Below, piece by piece: positions 1 through 11,715 of a DNA stretch of 64,000 nucleotides. The notes under the pieces were generated by a model. That model was not told the origin of the DNA and did not search any database. It saw only the letters and a program-made list of their open reading frames with translations. Both the position numbers and the translations under genes were made by a program. The stretch spans positions 46,936,001 to 47,000,000 of the forward strand of contig OZ076413.1 in assembly GCA_964187785.1 (NCBI GenBank). Direction: 5' to 3'. The stretch is from Amphiscolops sp. MND2022. Lineage: Eukaryota. How positions within the stretch are numbered: the stretch's first letter is position 1; the number at the start of each line of letters is the position of its first letter.

Positions 1-37
1 GCATAAGGCCAAGTCCGGTCAGCGGAAATTAGTGCAA

Positions 38-900
38 AAGGGTCCCCCCTTTCATATTTTACTATTTTACCGTAGCCTACAAAACCGGACGAGACTAAAG
101 GGTCCCCCCTTTCAATTTTTTTTCGGCATTGTGCGACTTTTTTTCAAAAATTTTTTAATGTATCAAAAGAGTCCCCCTTTCGAGTTTTTTGATATTTTGC
201 AACAGAATATATGTTGATGAAGCCCAAAGGGTCCCCCCTTTTACATTTTTCGGCACTATGCGACATTTTCTGAAAGAAAAAATAGTCAAAATTTTTTTGA
301 AAAAAAATTTTTGCGCTTCTTGAGCCTTAGATATAGCGCCGACTTTAGACGTTCCCGTCTTGTTTCTTCAGACTACAATCCTCACACTGAAGGGTCCACT
401 TTTCTTACAATTCTTACAATCTTGAAATCTTACAATTCTTACTTAGCAAATTTAAAATACTGGCGCAAAAGCTTGCGAAGTAGTATTTTTACATCATCTA
501 AGAAACTCAAAGGGACCAAAGGGTACGCCCTCCTTACAGTATTTTCGGCTCTGTGAGACTTTTTTTTCGAAAAAAAATTTAATGTCTCAAAAGGGTCCCC
601 CTTTCGAGTTTTCTCATATTTTGCAACTGAATGTATGTTAATCAATCCCAAAGGGTGCCCCCTTCTACATTTTTCGGTACTATGCGACTTTTTTTGAAAG
701 AAATTTTTTTTTCAAAAATTACAAATTTTTTCCAAAAAAAATGTTTTGCGCTTTTTGAGCCTTAGATATGGCGCCGACTTTAGACGTTCTCGTCTTGTTT
801 CTTCAGACTACAATCCTCACACTGATCGGTCCACTTTTTAGAAACAATCCTGAAACCACCTAAGGCCAAGGCAAACTTAGTCCAAAGGGTCCCCCCTTTC
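38..900. repeat. Tandem/minisatellite-like repeat: roughly 60-bp subunits carrying AAAGGGTCCCCCCTT inside two higher-order units about 435 bp apart
   Basis: GGGTCCCC-type motif recurs near 40, 100, 168, 229, 594, 653 and 887. The block TTTAGACGTTC.CGTCTTGTTTCTTCAGACTACAATCCTCACACTGA occurs near 345 and near 780. Confidence 0.8.
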
Positions 901-1025
901 ATTTTTTACTTTGTCAAGGAAACCTACAATTTGAAATTTTCATTGAAAGATCGGGGGAAAAAACAATAAAAACGACACGATTGCATAAGTAGTCGAAAAT
1001 TTTTCCGACTCCTAAAAATGCAAGT

Positions 1026-1102
1026 TGGTTTCCAGACGGGATCGATCTCGTAACCACATGTCCCACAAGCACATGCCTTAACCAATAAGCTATGCTGTGA
1101 AA
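1026..1102 (-). pseudogene. tRNA-like sequence (tRNA pseudogene or tRNA-derived SINE head)
   Basis: Minus strand reads TTTCACAGCATAGCTTATTGGTTAAGGCATGTGCTTGTGGGACATGTGGTTACGAGATCGATCCCGTCTGGAAACCA. It has an A-box-like TAGCTTATTGG, a B-box-like GAGATCGATCCC, imperfect acceptor pairing TTTC(A)CAG/CTGGAAA and a terminal CCA. Confidence 0.5.
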
Positions 1103-1717
1103 GCACACTCGTGGCGCAAAGGACTTAGAAAAATATTTGCAGACAAAAGGTGAAAAACTAATTGGTGATCTTCCTCCTACTCAACAAAAAAGTCTTTTCA
1201 AAGTCCGAAAAAATCATTAGAAAACTTCTCGGAAAAATTTAACTGACTCAATGCATTTAGATTACACATGAGGGTTTATCTTCAGTCCTTATATCAGCAT
1301 GATAATCAGTTTTCTAGAGCACAGAAATATCAATATCCTTCAACAATAAAATTCAGGCTACCCAAACCAGAATGTTTTCCCGGGTAAATCTTGAAATTAA
1401 TTTATCTGGAAATTACTGTGAATCTGTAAGTTTATCGACACTCGCAGTGACAATTTTTTAACCATTGAATATTCAGATCATCAGGGGACTTGAAAAAATC
1501 AATGCATAGTGCTAATTAAGAGACATCTGCAAAAACTGCATATTCTTGATGCATTATCAAAAATTGCTGTAAGAAAACTGAGAAGATTTTAAAACAATAA
1601 ATTTTGTCGAAGTTAAAACTCATCAATTCAGTTCAGGAGTCTGTCATCACTCAGAAGATCAGTTTGACAATTAGTTACAAAGGTGTAATAATTTACAATT
1701 ATTTATAAGCAGCATGT

Positions 1718-4057
1718 TCACTTATTAGCAAACTCAACACCCTTCTTGATGCTACCCTGCAACTCGGGCACAGCAGCATTGATAAGATCTTCCTCGTATT
1801 TCGTGATACCAGACGGAAGTCCAAGATTCTTTTCCATTCCATCCTTGTTGAACTTAATAGGCGTGGAGAAGAAATTCGCGTCAGTGATGGAAGATTCTAC
1901 GAAAGAGCATTCTACAATATTTTGTTCCCCGTTCATAGCTTTGAGAACCGACTCGGCCCATTTGGCGCCAGCGTAGGCCATAGACAAAGTAGCGGATCCA
2001 GCGCCGTCCTTAGCCTTGACAACCTCGTCGCCGCCAAACTGGATTCGATGCACCAGAGCGTCCAGGGTTGCCTGGTCGAACTCGACTTTAGGGTTAGATT
2101 GAGAGATCAGGGGGACTATGGTTTTGCCAGCGTGACCACCCACAACTGGGATGTTTGTCTGAGTGGCGTCCAAGTTTTTGAGACCAGCAACAAAAGTGTT
2201 GGCTCTCACAATGTCTAGCGTTGTCACACCAAAAATTTTGTTGGGGTTGTACACCTAAAATTCAAACTTGTTGTAAGATAATTATTCCCTTGTTGAATAA
2301 GAAAGGCATTTTTAGAGGTTTACAGAGAAAAGGTCAATGAGACACGTTTGAAAACCACCGGTTTTAAAAATTTGGAGCTTTAATGCGTCGGTAACATAAA
2401 ATGTAGGCCTTTCTTGTATTGACGGAGTGTCTCGCCGGCATGGGACACAAACTTTGAAAGAAAGATCGAAATAAAGTACACGTACATTGTGTTTCTTGAA
2501 AACCTCAACAGTAATGGGCACAGTGCTGTTGACAGGGTTAGCGATGATACCAAGAATAGCATTGGGGCAGTTTTTGGCACATGCTTCGGCCAAAGTCTGC
2601 ACAATGGATGCATTGGTGTTGAACAAATCGTCACGGGTCATTCCTGGTTTTCTGGGAACACCGGCTGGGATGAGAACCAAGTCCATACCGGAAAGGGCCT
2701 CATCCAGACTGTCTGCACCCTGGAAGCCATGCACCTGGGCGCGACTGTTGATGTGACTGAGGTCAGCGGCGACACCTGGCGTGTTCACGATGTCGTACAA
2801 ATTCAGCTGCGATACCAAACTCGACTGAAACAAACTATGAGTCGATGCAAAAAACGACGAATTTCTCCATATCGCGTAAAAAAACGATAAACGTAATTTT
2901 ATGTGAAAGCAATGTCAAAACACGAGTACTAAAAAATGTCATAACTTCTAGAACAATACGATTTTGAATCCAGCAATTTTGACTGAGAACTATCGATAAC
3001 CTTCACAAACTTCTCGTTAAAAACCTTCAAGCTTGTCTTGTTTCCTATTATTTTATCATGCAGGGCGTTTCATGAAGGCATCATCCTTTTGAACATGCTA
3101 TTTCGCAATTGTTCAAAATTCACAAAACCAGTCTACTTTATTCGTGAGTTATTTACATTCCAGTATGATACTCACTTCACTACACAGCTAGATTGCACAC
3201 ACTTCAAAAAATCAAAGCAAACACTTCAACGAGTCGCACTGATAACTACGAAAATGAAGGAAACGTTGAACAAGCCGGAAACGTCACAAGTCGGTGTCCC
3301 GTTTAAAGCTCAAAAGGGACATGGTGCTCGAACTTCCAAAAATGCTAAAAAGTTGTTTTAATGAAAAGGCTCTGTGCCGAAAACAACCTTTGGCTTGAAA
3401 GTGCTTTTTCTAACGGAAAATCCTTTGGTGGAAAGAAAGAATAGGAAGATTTTTGACAATAGATACATTTTTTGAATCTTCATCAGGGTTTTGACATCGC
3501 TAATTTTTTCCGCTAATCGCTAAACTGCTAATTTGAAAATCGCTATTTTGCTGAAAACCTTTTTCTGCAAACTATTAAATGTTTAGCTTCAAGTGTGTTT
3601 CAAAATAACTTACTCGGTTTTTGGAAGAAAAGACTAGAATTTTTTGTACTGTTCGAGTTTTACAAGGGTAAGAGTTGGAATTTTTCCGAAATTCATTTTG
3701 AAACACCGTCTATACCCAAAAGAAATTTCGAATTTGGACGGTCTTTTAGTTACCGCTAATTGAAATCGCTGAAAAAATTCCTGCGCGGCCGCTAATTCGC
3801 TAAATCGCTGATTAGCGGTGTCAAAACTCTGATCTTCATATTCAATTCGATCAAATTGAAAAAAAAACTGACGCCATAATAGTCGCGTTTTATTTCATAA
3901 GTTTGAATGGAAACAACAAAAAGTGAGTTCTAACATTTTTAAGCAGAAGGGACATAGGTTGTCCAATACCACCGGCAGCACCCAACACGGCCACTTTAGC
4001 TCCACGTGAAGCACTTGTTGACAGACATCGGCTGAACATTTTTCCAAACATGGCCAT
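1718..4057 (-). CDS. MDH2: Mitochondrial malate dehydrogenase, 3 coding exons (4057-3935, 2824-2486, 2254-1718)
   Basis: Motifs [48 protein letters not shown] and [21 protein letters not shown] phase-0 introns join [16 protein letters not shown] and [14 protein letters not shown]-terminus resembles a mitochondrial presequence. Confidence 0.96.
3484..3831. mobile_element. hAT-type MITE (348 bp) in MDH2 intron 1
   Basis: TIRs CAGGGTTTTGACATCGCTAAT and ATTAGCGGTGTCAAAACTCTG (19/21 match). Perfect 8-bp TSD ATCTTCAT at 3476-3483 and 3832-3839. Subterminal (C)GCTAAT repeats. Confidence 0.88.
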
Positions 4058-4484
4058 ATTGGTATTTGGTACCTGATCAAATAAATCTGAAATGGTGCAA
4101 GTATTTTGCATGAAGCTCGCATATAATTCAACCATCTTCTATCCTGTTACTTTCCGTCATTACTGCTTGTAATTCGATAGTTCATTTTATTCAGTATGAC
4201 GACAAATCATAGCTCTATAGGAAAATATATTATTTCATGTCTCTTCGGGCAAATGAATCATTTTTGATCTACGATACTTATTCATTTCAAACGTTTCTGA
4301 TGAGATTCGCAATTCACATCCGAGTCCGATTTTCGCGGTCATGTTTAGCAAAACTTACGCACGAAAGATTTCAAAAAAATCAGCTGTTTGACAATGACAA
4401 ATTCTATTCCGTAACTCTCTCAGCTACTAACTTCGCTTTCAAGACTTTTGAAAAAAAATAAGCATTGACCAATTTTAATTCAGC

Positions 4485-4967
4485 TTAGAAAACAAACTGA
4501 TAAGGAATTGGCTCAAGAGTAACGATTTCATCCTTTTTGTAAGGAACCTCAAAAGCGTCTCTGGGTTTGGCAGGCTGCCTCTTGAGTGAAACGCGTTTCC
4601 CAGTGTCTTTCATCTCTTTTTTCTTCAGAGCGTTCTCCTTGACTCGGTTCAAGAAGTCAATTCTGGATTTAGAGGGCTTGCAGTGCTCCACACGAATGTT
4701 GATCCTCTTCGCAATAATTCGGCCCTTGACTCGCTTGTTGACAATTACACCCAGACCTCGTCGCGAAACATTATAAACTCGTCCAGTTCGTCCGTGGTAT
4801 ACTTTATAGGGCATACCCTTCTGTTGCGCTCCACAACCCTTGATGTCAACAAGATCGCCCTTCTTGTAAACAATCATGTAGGTTTTCATGGGAATGACAC
4901 CCTTCTTTTTGTACTCACGCGAGAACATGTATCGCGTACCGCGTCTCTTGCCATGAGGGTTGGTCAT
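4485..4967 (-). CDS. RPL21: 60S ribosomal protein L21 (eL21), intronless CDS
   Basis: 160-aa [20 protein letters not shown]...[18 protein letters not shown]...[16 protein letters not shown]...[10 protein letters not shown]. Confidence 0.97.
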   Translation of the reverse strand: MTNPHGKRRGTRYMFSREYKKKGVIPMKTYMIVYKKGDLVDIKGCGAQQKGMPYKVYHGRTGRVYNVSRRGLGVIVNKRVKGRIIAKRINIRVEHCKPSKSRIDFLNRVKENALKKKEMKDTGKRVSLKRQPAKPRDAFEVPYKKDEIVTLEPIPYQFVF

Positions 4968-5567
4968 TTTCGCGATCTGAAAGAAACAAATACAAACAAT
5001 GCTTCAAGCAATTCAATCATTTAGGACGTTCGGATTTAGTCTTTAGGAGCGAATGAAAATTGAAATATTTTTTCCATTACAATTAGTTGGTCGACAAAAA
5101 ATACGTTTTTATCGCTAATCACTTTCAGTTATAAAACAGTCGAAATTCAATTTTGGCGAATATGCGAAAATGTCATTTGAGGTTCAATCATTACTGTTTC
5201 AATTAGAGATAACTGTTTCCACTGCTAGAAGTTACGGATGCCATAAAACAAAGCTAATACAGTACGTAATGGAAATTTCGTGAAATGCCAGTATAACTTT
5301 TGAGATGCACGCAAAAAACTAAAGTTGAGTAATATCTGTATTGTTCTTGTTTCCAGAACAGTTATAGAGTTCCAATTCACTAAACATTAAAGCAAAAAAC
5401 TCAAATAGGATGAGATGGTAAAAACTTCATCTGCAGAAAAAGTCAACAATCAATTTGCAACATATCATTTGCGAAAAATATCACATACATACTAATTTAA
5501 TATACCTGATAACCCTTTATTTCAAATTCAAATGCATAATTAACAGTATTAAAATTCTTCATATAAT

Positions 5568-6678
5568 TTACGTAAATTTTGTAGTAATTAATAATACAAA
5601 TAATACGCATGTAATGATACCCAAAATTACAATAAAAAACATTTTCCTATTTTTCTTTTGATATGTTTCAGCTTTTTGTAACTGCTTCAAGCCCTGTTCT
5701 ACTCTGAATGAAGCATGTTCTATGTTGTAGTCTATCCTATCCAAGACTGTACCTTGGTCTACAACCATTTGGGCTAAATCTCTGAATATCATATTCAAGT
5801 CCGTAATAGATTGCACTATCTTTGAGATTTCTTGTTCTCTCTCCTCAACCATTTCTGTATTATACATCATTGCCTGCATCTGGGCGTCAGTAAAACCTTG
5901 GTCATAAGTTGACATCAAGTATGATTCGTCATTTTCAGGAGTTTCTAAAGGCTCAAAGGCGAAAAAACGGGAACGTTCTTCTCGAGATTTCAGCTTTTTC
6001 AAATACTCTGACTGAGCTTGTTTGAACTGAGTAGACAGGGACTGCAGACTCGAAGCTAATGATGACACCACATTTTTAGCCAGCTTCTTATCCTGTGTGC
6101 TAGTGTTGAAATCCGTTGTCCGTCTGTTCATAAGTTGGATACACTTTTGACAGTGGAAAAACATTTGAGTTATTTCTTGGGTCAGAGCTTCGATGCCATG
6201 GTCAGACGAAAAGTCATCATCTAAGCTGGGTCTGTTGATGTGTTTATCGTGCATCGACTGCAGCTCCTATAAAGATACTAATTTATAATTTCAGCAGCAA
6301 CGTTCTATCGCGCATCAGAATTAGCGACGTCTACAATGAAGACAACTTCAACATGTTGCTAATATGACAATGTTTTGGCTTCAAACTGTTATTAGGGAAG
6401 ATCTAATTACAAGGAGAAACATGGGAGCGCAGACTAACCTTCAATCTTTGCTGAATTTTTGACACATTATATTGCACCTCTTCTACAGTATCTGCCCATT
6501 CTGGGGGAGCAAAACTGGAATGTTTACCAAAACTCACGTCAGTTTCCCTTTCCTCTCTAGCAACCAGAGCAGTTCTGTCTGTGACAGCCTCGTCAGAATG
6601 GCGAGAGAAAAACTGCCGATGCTGAATAGCATTATTTCGCATCAAAATAAAAACTTCTGTCAACGATCTAGTAGCCAT
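5568..6678 (-). CDS. STX16: Syntaxin-16 (Qa-SNARE), 2 coding exons (6678-6439, 6266-5568)
   Basis: N-peptide MATRSLTEVFILMRNNA, PPEW, ELQSMHDKHINRPSLDD, SNARE motif IVQSITDLNMIFRDLAQMVVDQGTVLDRIDYNIE and a C-terminal TM. GT-AG intron 6438-6267. Confidence 0.95.
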
Positions 6679-6894
6679 TGATCAATCAACTCTACAGCTA
6701 TGTCTACATGCCAATCAACAATTCTATTAACTCTGAAACAATCCTGAAACAACTGAGCTGAGGACGTTTGTGATGCTTTAAAAAATCATGAGGAAGTAAC
6801 CTGATATAGCTCCGATCGACATGTTGAAGGATGAGAGACCATCCCTCAGACGCGCGAGGAATTTAATTTACTTTAATTATATCAATTCTATTCT

Positions 6895-7537
6895 TTCTGT
6901 CATATGACAGAGATCATCGTCATTAATCGCGTGCCGTGTAGGTCAACATGTAGGGGGGGTATGACACACACCCGTGTCTTCAACGAAAGGAAACGAAACA
7001 AACGACAAAGCATTACTACTACTTATGCCAGCCACTATCACAGTAGACCGACAGAACCAACACGAAAAAATCACAACCCACGTTAATCATTGAGTTGCAA
7101 AGATGAAAGCCAGTCTCAACAAATAGTACGGGTAGTGAGGGAAGGGGCGTTAAGACTGAAAAATGGTCCCAAAATTCTGAAATCGAATTCTCAAACTCAG
7201 TCACGGATCCCGAAATTCTACGATAGAATTCTTAGACTCAATCATGGATCCGTAATTTTAATACATGCATTCATATTCTGAGACTGGTCAGCAGAAAGGT
7301 TAAAGTTTAGTTTAACTTTGTTTGCTATCTACATCAAATGTCATAGCTTGACAGCTAGGTCCTATCAAAATAACGAAACTTGAATAGTTTGGAAAATTAA
7401 CTAAATGTGACATTCTGCAACTTTTTTTTCCTCTATCAGATATCATGGATCTTCGTCATCAATCAAGTACCATGTGTATCATCATGTTGCAACGAAAGAA
7501 GGGAACCCCATACCAGCCACTATCCCAGTAACAGAAA
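6895..7537. repeat. Local repeat family (CCAGCCACTATCCCAGT motifs) that continues after element A at 24577-24930
   Basis: 37-nt identical block TCTATCAGATATCATGGATCTTCGTCATCAATCAAGT at 7432-7468 and 24689-24725. Degenerate copy near 6895-7085. Confidence 0.65.
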
Positions 7538-7874
7538 GGGTGGGCGGAAATAGGTCGAAGTAACGGGATCGAAAATCAGAGTTAGTCCTCAGGTCGACAT
7601 ACTCTGATTTTTGAATGGGATCGAAACAACTCGGATCGAAATTTTTATAACGTAGTCAGATATGTTCACATACCCCTAGTGCCCTAAATGCAGGAGCGAA
7701 GCGAAGCGGAGCGACGTGCCATTATGGCCATGCCTCAATGTTGCTACTTGGCGAAGGGAGCGAAGCGACCGAGCCATACAACAAATACGATAAAATTCGA
7801 CCGCATTCCATTCGATCAAAAGGTTCGACCTCTGTCCTTTCGACCAGAAAAATTCGACCTATTTAAAGCCACCC
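7538..7874. mobile_element. Mutator (MULE)-type MITE, 337 bp
   Basis: Imperfect TIRs GGGTGGGCGGAAATAGGTCGAA and TTCGACCTATTTAAAGCCACCC. Perfect 9-bp TSD TAACAGAAA at 7529-7537 and 7875-7883. TCGAA repeats in the left arm, TTCGA repeats in the right arm, GAGCGAAGCGA motifs in the centre. Confidence 0.82.
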
Positions 7875-7897
7875 TAACAGAAAAACAACAAACTACT

Positions 7898-8622
7898 TGT
7901 AACGTCCACCAGTAAAGTACCAAAATTTCGTTAAAAAAGTCGAAAAGGTGCGAATCAAAATGGCCGACCTAGCAGGTCGTTGAAATCGAAAAGGACGTAC
8001 AGAAGAACAAAAAACCCGCCCAAGAAGCCCCAACCCACACGCCCCCGACCCAGGAGAGGAAGAGAAGAGACGCCCCACCATGAATAGACACGGAAAAACC
8101 CGGAATTGTGTCATCTCATCCAGTATTTGCAGGTTCCAAATGAGGAAATGATCCAGAATCCAGATATCCCATGCTTGAAGAACCTGAAGAAAACCGCAGA
8201 ATCAGTGGAAATATGTCAGAAGTGTTTATTTTGATTATTTCTGATGTTGTTAATTTTGATTTACTAATGTGTGGTGATACTGGATCTGCTAGATCCCTGT
8301 AATTGGTACTTTAGAGAATGTTTCCCCAATAAAATGAGTATGGACTAAAACCCCAGTTTTCGGACCTCGGAGGTATGTAGGATCGCAGGAAGCCTTTGGG
8401 ACCGTTTTTACGTGCTTGTGGGACGTGTCCGGACTTTGAGTGTGCCGGCACGTCGCCACGGAGCTTTAATATGAGGAGTCTCTTCGGCGTCTTGGAAAGT
8501 CCCTGCAGAGACCATTTGGGATCAAAAACTAATGTTTAGGTTGTTATAAGACATTGGTCTCTTGTTAAGGCAACCTGGGCATTGTCCCAGTTCTGGAATG
8601 TAGCTGCTAGCTTGACGTTACA
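7898..8622 (+). repeat. 5' LTR of element A
   Basis: Direct repeat of 23851-24576 (about 10 substitutions and 1 indel counted by eye). TG...CA ends with a 9-bp terminal inverted repeat. AATAAA near 8330. Confidence 0.96.
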
Positions 8623-8638
8623 TCTAGGATAGTTTTTA

Positions 8639-8656
8639 TGGCGCCCCACAAGGGAC
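8639..8656 (+). promoter_or_regulatory. Putative primer-binding site, tRNA-Lys-like
   Basis: TGGCGCCCCACAAGGGAC matches 15/18 positions of the canonical tRNA-Lys3 PBS TGGCGCCCGAACAGGGAC. It lies 16 nt downstream of the LTR end. Confidence 0.55.
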
Positions 8657-11465
8657 ATTTTTTCCATCTTTTCGCCATAATTGGAGTTTTTCCTGCTTTC
8701 CGGCCCTGCTAGGTTCGGATCTAGGAAATTCTTCCGGTGGGTCCTAGATTGTTTTTATTGCCTTATGCTAGCCCTGTGGGCCTTGTACTAGTGTTTTTCC
8801 TGTGTTTCCTGCATGTTTCCGGGGTCTGGAATGAGAAATAACCGTGTGATTACAGAGTACCGTTTCCATACCGTTTCTGATTGTCGAAATTAACCATCCG
8901 GCTTCACCGGATTGTGTTTTAAAGGGTCTTCTAGCCTTGTTTCAGCTTAATTGCAATGTATGGGGACCAGGAGGACGAGCACTGAAGGCCCCAGCTAGCT
9001 GACGACAGTAGGTGAACCCCTGCGTCATCGCACCTCCGTCACCCCCGTGATTGCAGTATACCCACGACAATCGGGTGAAATCCCTTCTTTTCTTAGTTTA
9101 GAAGCCCAAAAAGCATATTCCCAGGCCTATTCCCACTAAAATTAACTAGAAAGAGTACCCTGAGGGTGTTTGAACTAGTTGATTGAAAATTTGAGCGCGA
9201 AAACCTGAAAAATAATGTAAAATAAGGCTCAAATAGTGATTTTACAGATTTTGAAAATCGAAATTTTGTAGAAAAGAGTACGGCCAGTGGGAATACATGA
9301 AAAACGTTCCATCAGACCTGCCAGGTCAGGAACAGAAAAATTTGCTGGGCTAAATAGTTGAAACATCGAGAAATTTAGCGATTTTTGTCGAAAAAACATC
9401 AAATTTGGCCAAAAATACCAAATTTGGTGAGGGCGAAGCCTTGGGCGTTTGTTCCCAAGCTTTTAGATCAGCCCAAAAACATTATTCCCGAGCTTGGCAG
9501 TACGAAACACTACTGCCAAGACGATTTTTAGCATCCCCCAATAAAAATTGAAACTTTAACCCTTGAATTTCTTTGATATGCATAGACCTGAGTGGAGGAC
9601 TCCATAGACCTGAGAGTTATAACATCAAATCTAATAATTGAAACAACCCCATTCCCCTAAATAAAGTTGTTACACCTTCTAACACTACTATTAGAACCAT
9701 TCGGAACGTCTGAGAACAAAGAAATAAAAATTTCTTGGTGAAAATACGTATTTTCAGTACTGTTCCGAGAGTGTCAAAGGTGCAACTTAAAGTTTATTTT
9801 GAGAGACCTTATTTGGAACCTGTTAGGTTTTGCTGGCCCATTTTCTGTTAGTACAGAGTATAACGTTGCAAACGCAGAAAACCGCGAGTGATTCCAACCA
9901 GTAGTTGCCGAGAAATAGCCAAAAACGTGTTATTTTTGTGACATTTTCGGAACACTGGAGTAGTGTACCCAAGATAGGTCGAAATCTCTCCTGGTAGGAG
10001 TAGCCCAGAACGGATAGCACCATCGTGTAGACCGCAAAAAGTTACGTTAGTGGTGTAATTTTCGTAGCGCTACCATTACTAGTGATTGAGAAATCTTAGC
10101 CGCAGTTTTGCTCAAAAATGATCCGAAAATGTCGAAAAAATTGAATTTTAGTTGAGCATAGTGCAATACCTTGCAGGTATCCCAGCACTAAAATTCTTGC
10201 ATTTTCGTACTTACGGCACTAGATCCCGACAATTTGTGCATTTTGAGCAGCTTGCTACTGGCCAACTTAGAGAAATTGACAATTTTGTGAATTTTAACCC
10301 CTGAAAGTGACATACAGGGTACATCATAGTTTTGTCAACTCGGATTGCGGAATATTGATCTGGGCACCCCGCTGACTTCTTTTTCTGTTACGTGGGCATA
10401 TTTCACGCTCGCATACAAAATTTCAGGTAGCCAGGAAGCCTAGAAAGCGAGTTTGACAGACTTGTGTGAATTTCACAACATTGTAGGATTTTGCAATAAC
10501 ATTGTCGAGCGACCCCAAGTCACGTGCAAACAATTTTAGCGCAATCGGTGGTGATTCTCCCACGATTTGGCCACAGTAGTATACCGTGTTAAATTTTCAG
10601 GTCGCTACTAGCTCTAGAAGTGATTTTCACCTGTTCCAGGCGTGCGTATTGACGAAAAAGTCGCTGATTTTGGGAATTTTTGCAAAAAATAGCATACCTT
10701 TCGTAGGTAAAGTTGCAAGTGAGGACTCAAACAACCCTAGTTCAGCACCACTCGCCCATAGCACATCCTGTTGAAGCAATTGGAAGAGAGCTAGCTCAAC
10801 CCTAACATCTTGGGTTCGTGGAAAGATTGTCAACGAGACGTAGAAGCGAAAAACACCAAAATCGTGTTTTCTCAGTTAACAGCCACCAGAGTCACCTAAG
10901 TGCGAATTGATAGTTGTAGCCACGCATACTTCGAATACGAAGCATAGTGTGAGAACCAGGACGCATTTAGGAGTTTCCCACGAGACTCAGACTTAGGACG
11001 CGCTGCGTCTCGCCAAAGTACATTAAGTACAGTAGCACCAGAAAGTGTGAAGAACTGTGTTCCCATTGATCTTATAATGATCAGATTAGTAAAACTCTCT
11101 TGTTTGTTAGTCTCCTAGCACCTACTCACCCCCAAGGTCTATCCCTGAGTTCTCTATTTGCAGCAATCCTACCTGTGCTCTCCAATTGACGGGCAGCGCG
11201 AGTAATAAAGAGTACGTTCAAAGAGTGCTGAGTGGTGATTTCTTGAATAAGTCTCCGAAAAACTCCGCTAGCGTACCAAAACCTTTTCTGCTTATTCCAA
11301 TCGCCTAGCCTGCGGCTGGATCGAGTGTAGCTTAGTGTGAATTAGCTTTAGCATCCTTAAGTAGGACATCAAAAAAAAAACTTTATTTACTGACTTTTGT
11401 AGAATATCTATCTCCAGTTAGTGGGGAAGCAAACCTTTCTGTTTTGATTAGTGGTGATTAGCACC

Positions 11466-11524
11466 AGTGCATGTAATCTTGAGTTAGTGCATGTAATTTT
11501 GAGTTAGTATATGTAACCTTGAGT
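11466..11524 (+). repeat. Three 20-bp tandem repeats in the element A leader
   Basis: AGTGCATGTAATCTTGAGTT / AGTGCATGTAATTTTGAGTT / AGTATATGTAACCTTGAGT. Confidence 0.8.
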
Positions 11525-11715
11525 CTGAAGTCTGTAAAAGCCAGCTAATCTTGACTTAGAACCTAGAGGGCAGGCACAAGCTACAAGCTCAGAAACTTAA
11601 TAGTAAAATAGTTTAGTTAAAACTCTTGAGGAAGTGACACCACAACTTCCAATTTAAATTGACTTTGATCTCATTTGTTGAGGGGAAAGAGTGAGCGAAG
11701 GACCAGAGAAAAGTT

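Noticed and set aside
38..900. CRISPR-like periodic repeats
   Set aside because: The spacers are themselves repeated and the context is eukaryotic.
2312..2485. C-terminal extension of the 173-aa MDH ORF
   Set aside because: Read-through into intron 2 past the GTACGT donor.
7110..7290. Short inverted ends CCAGTCTCA/TGAGACTGG with two internal GAATTCT..GGATCC repeats, possible MITE
   Set aside because: The TIR is only 9 bp and no TSD was found.
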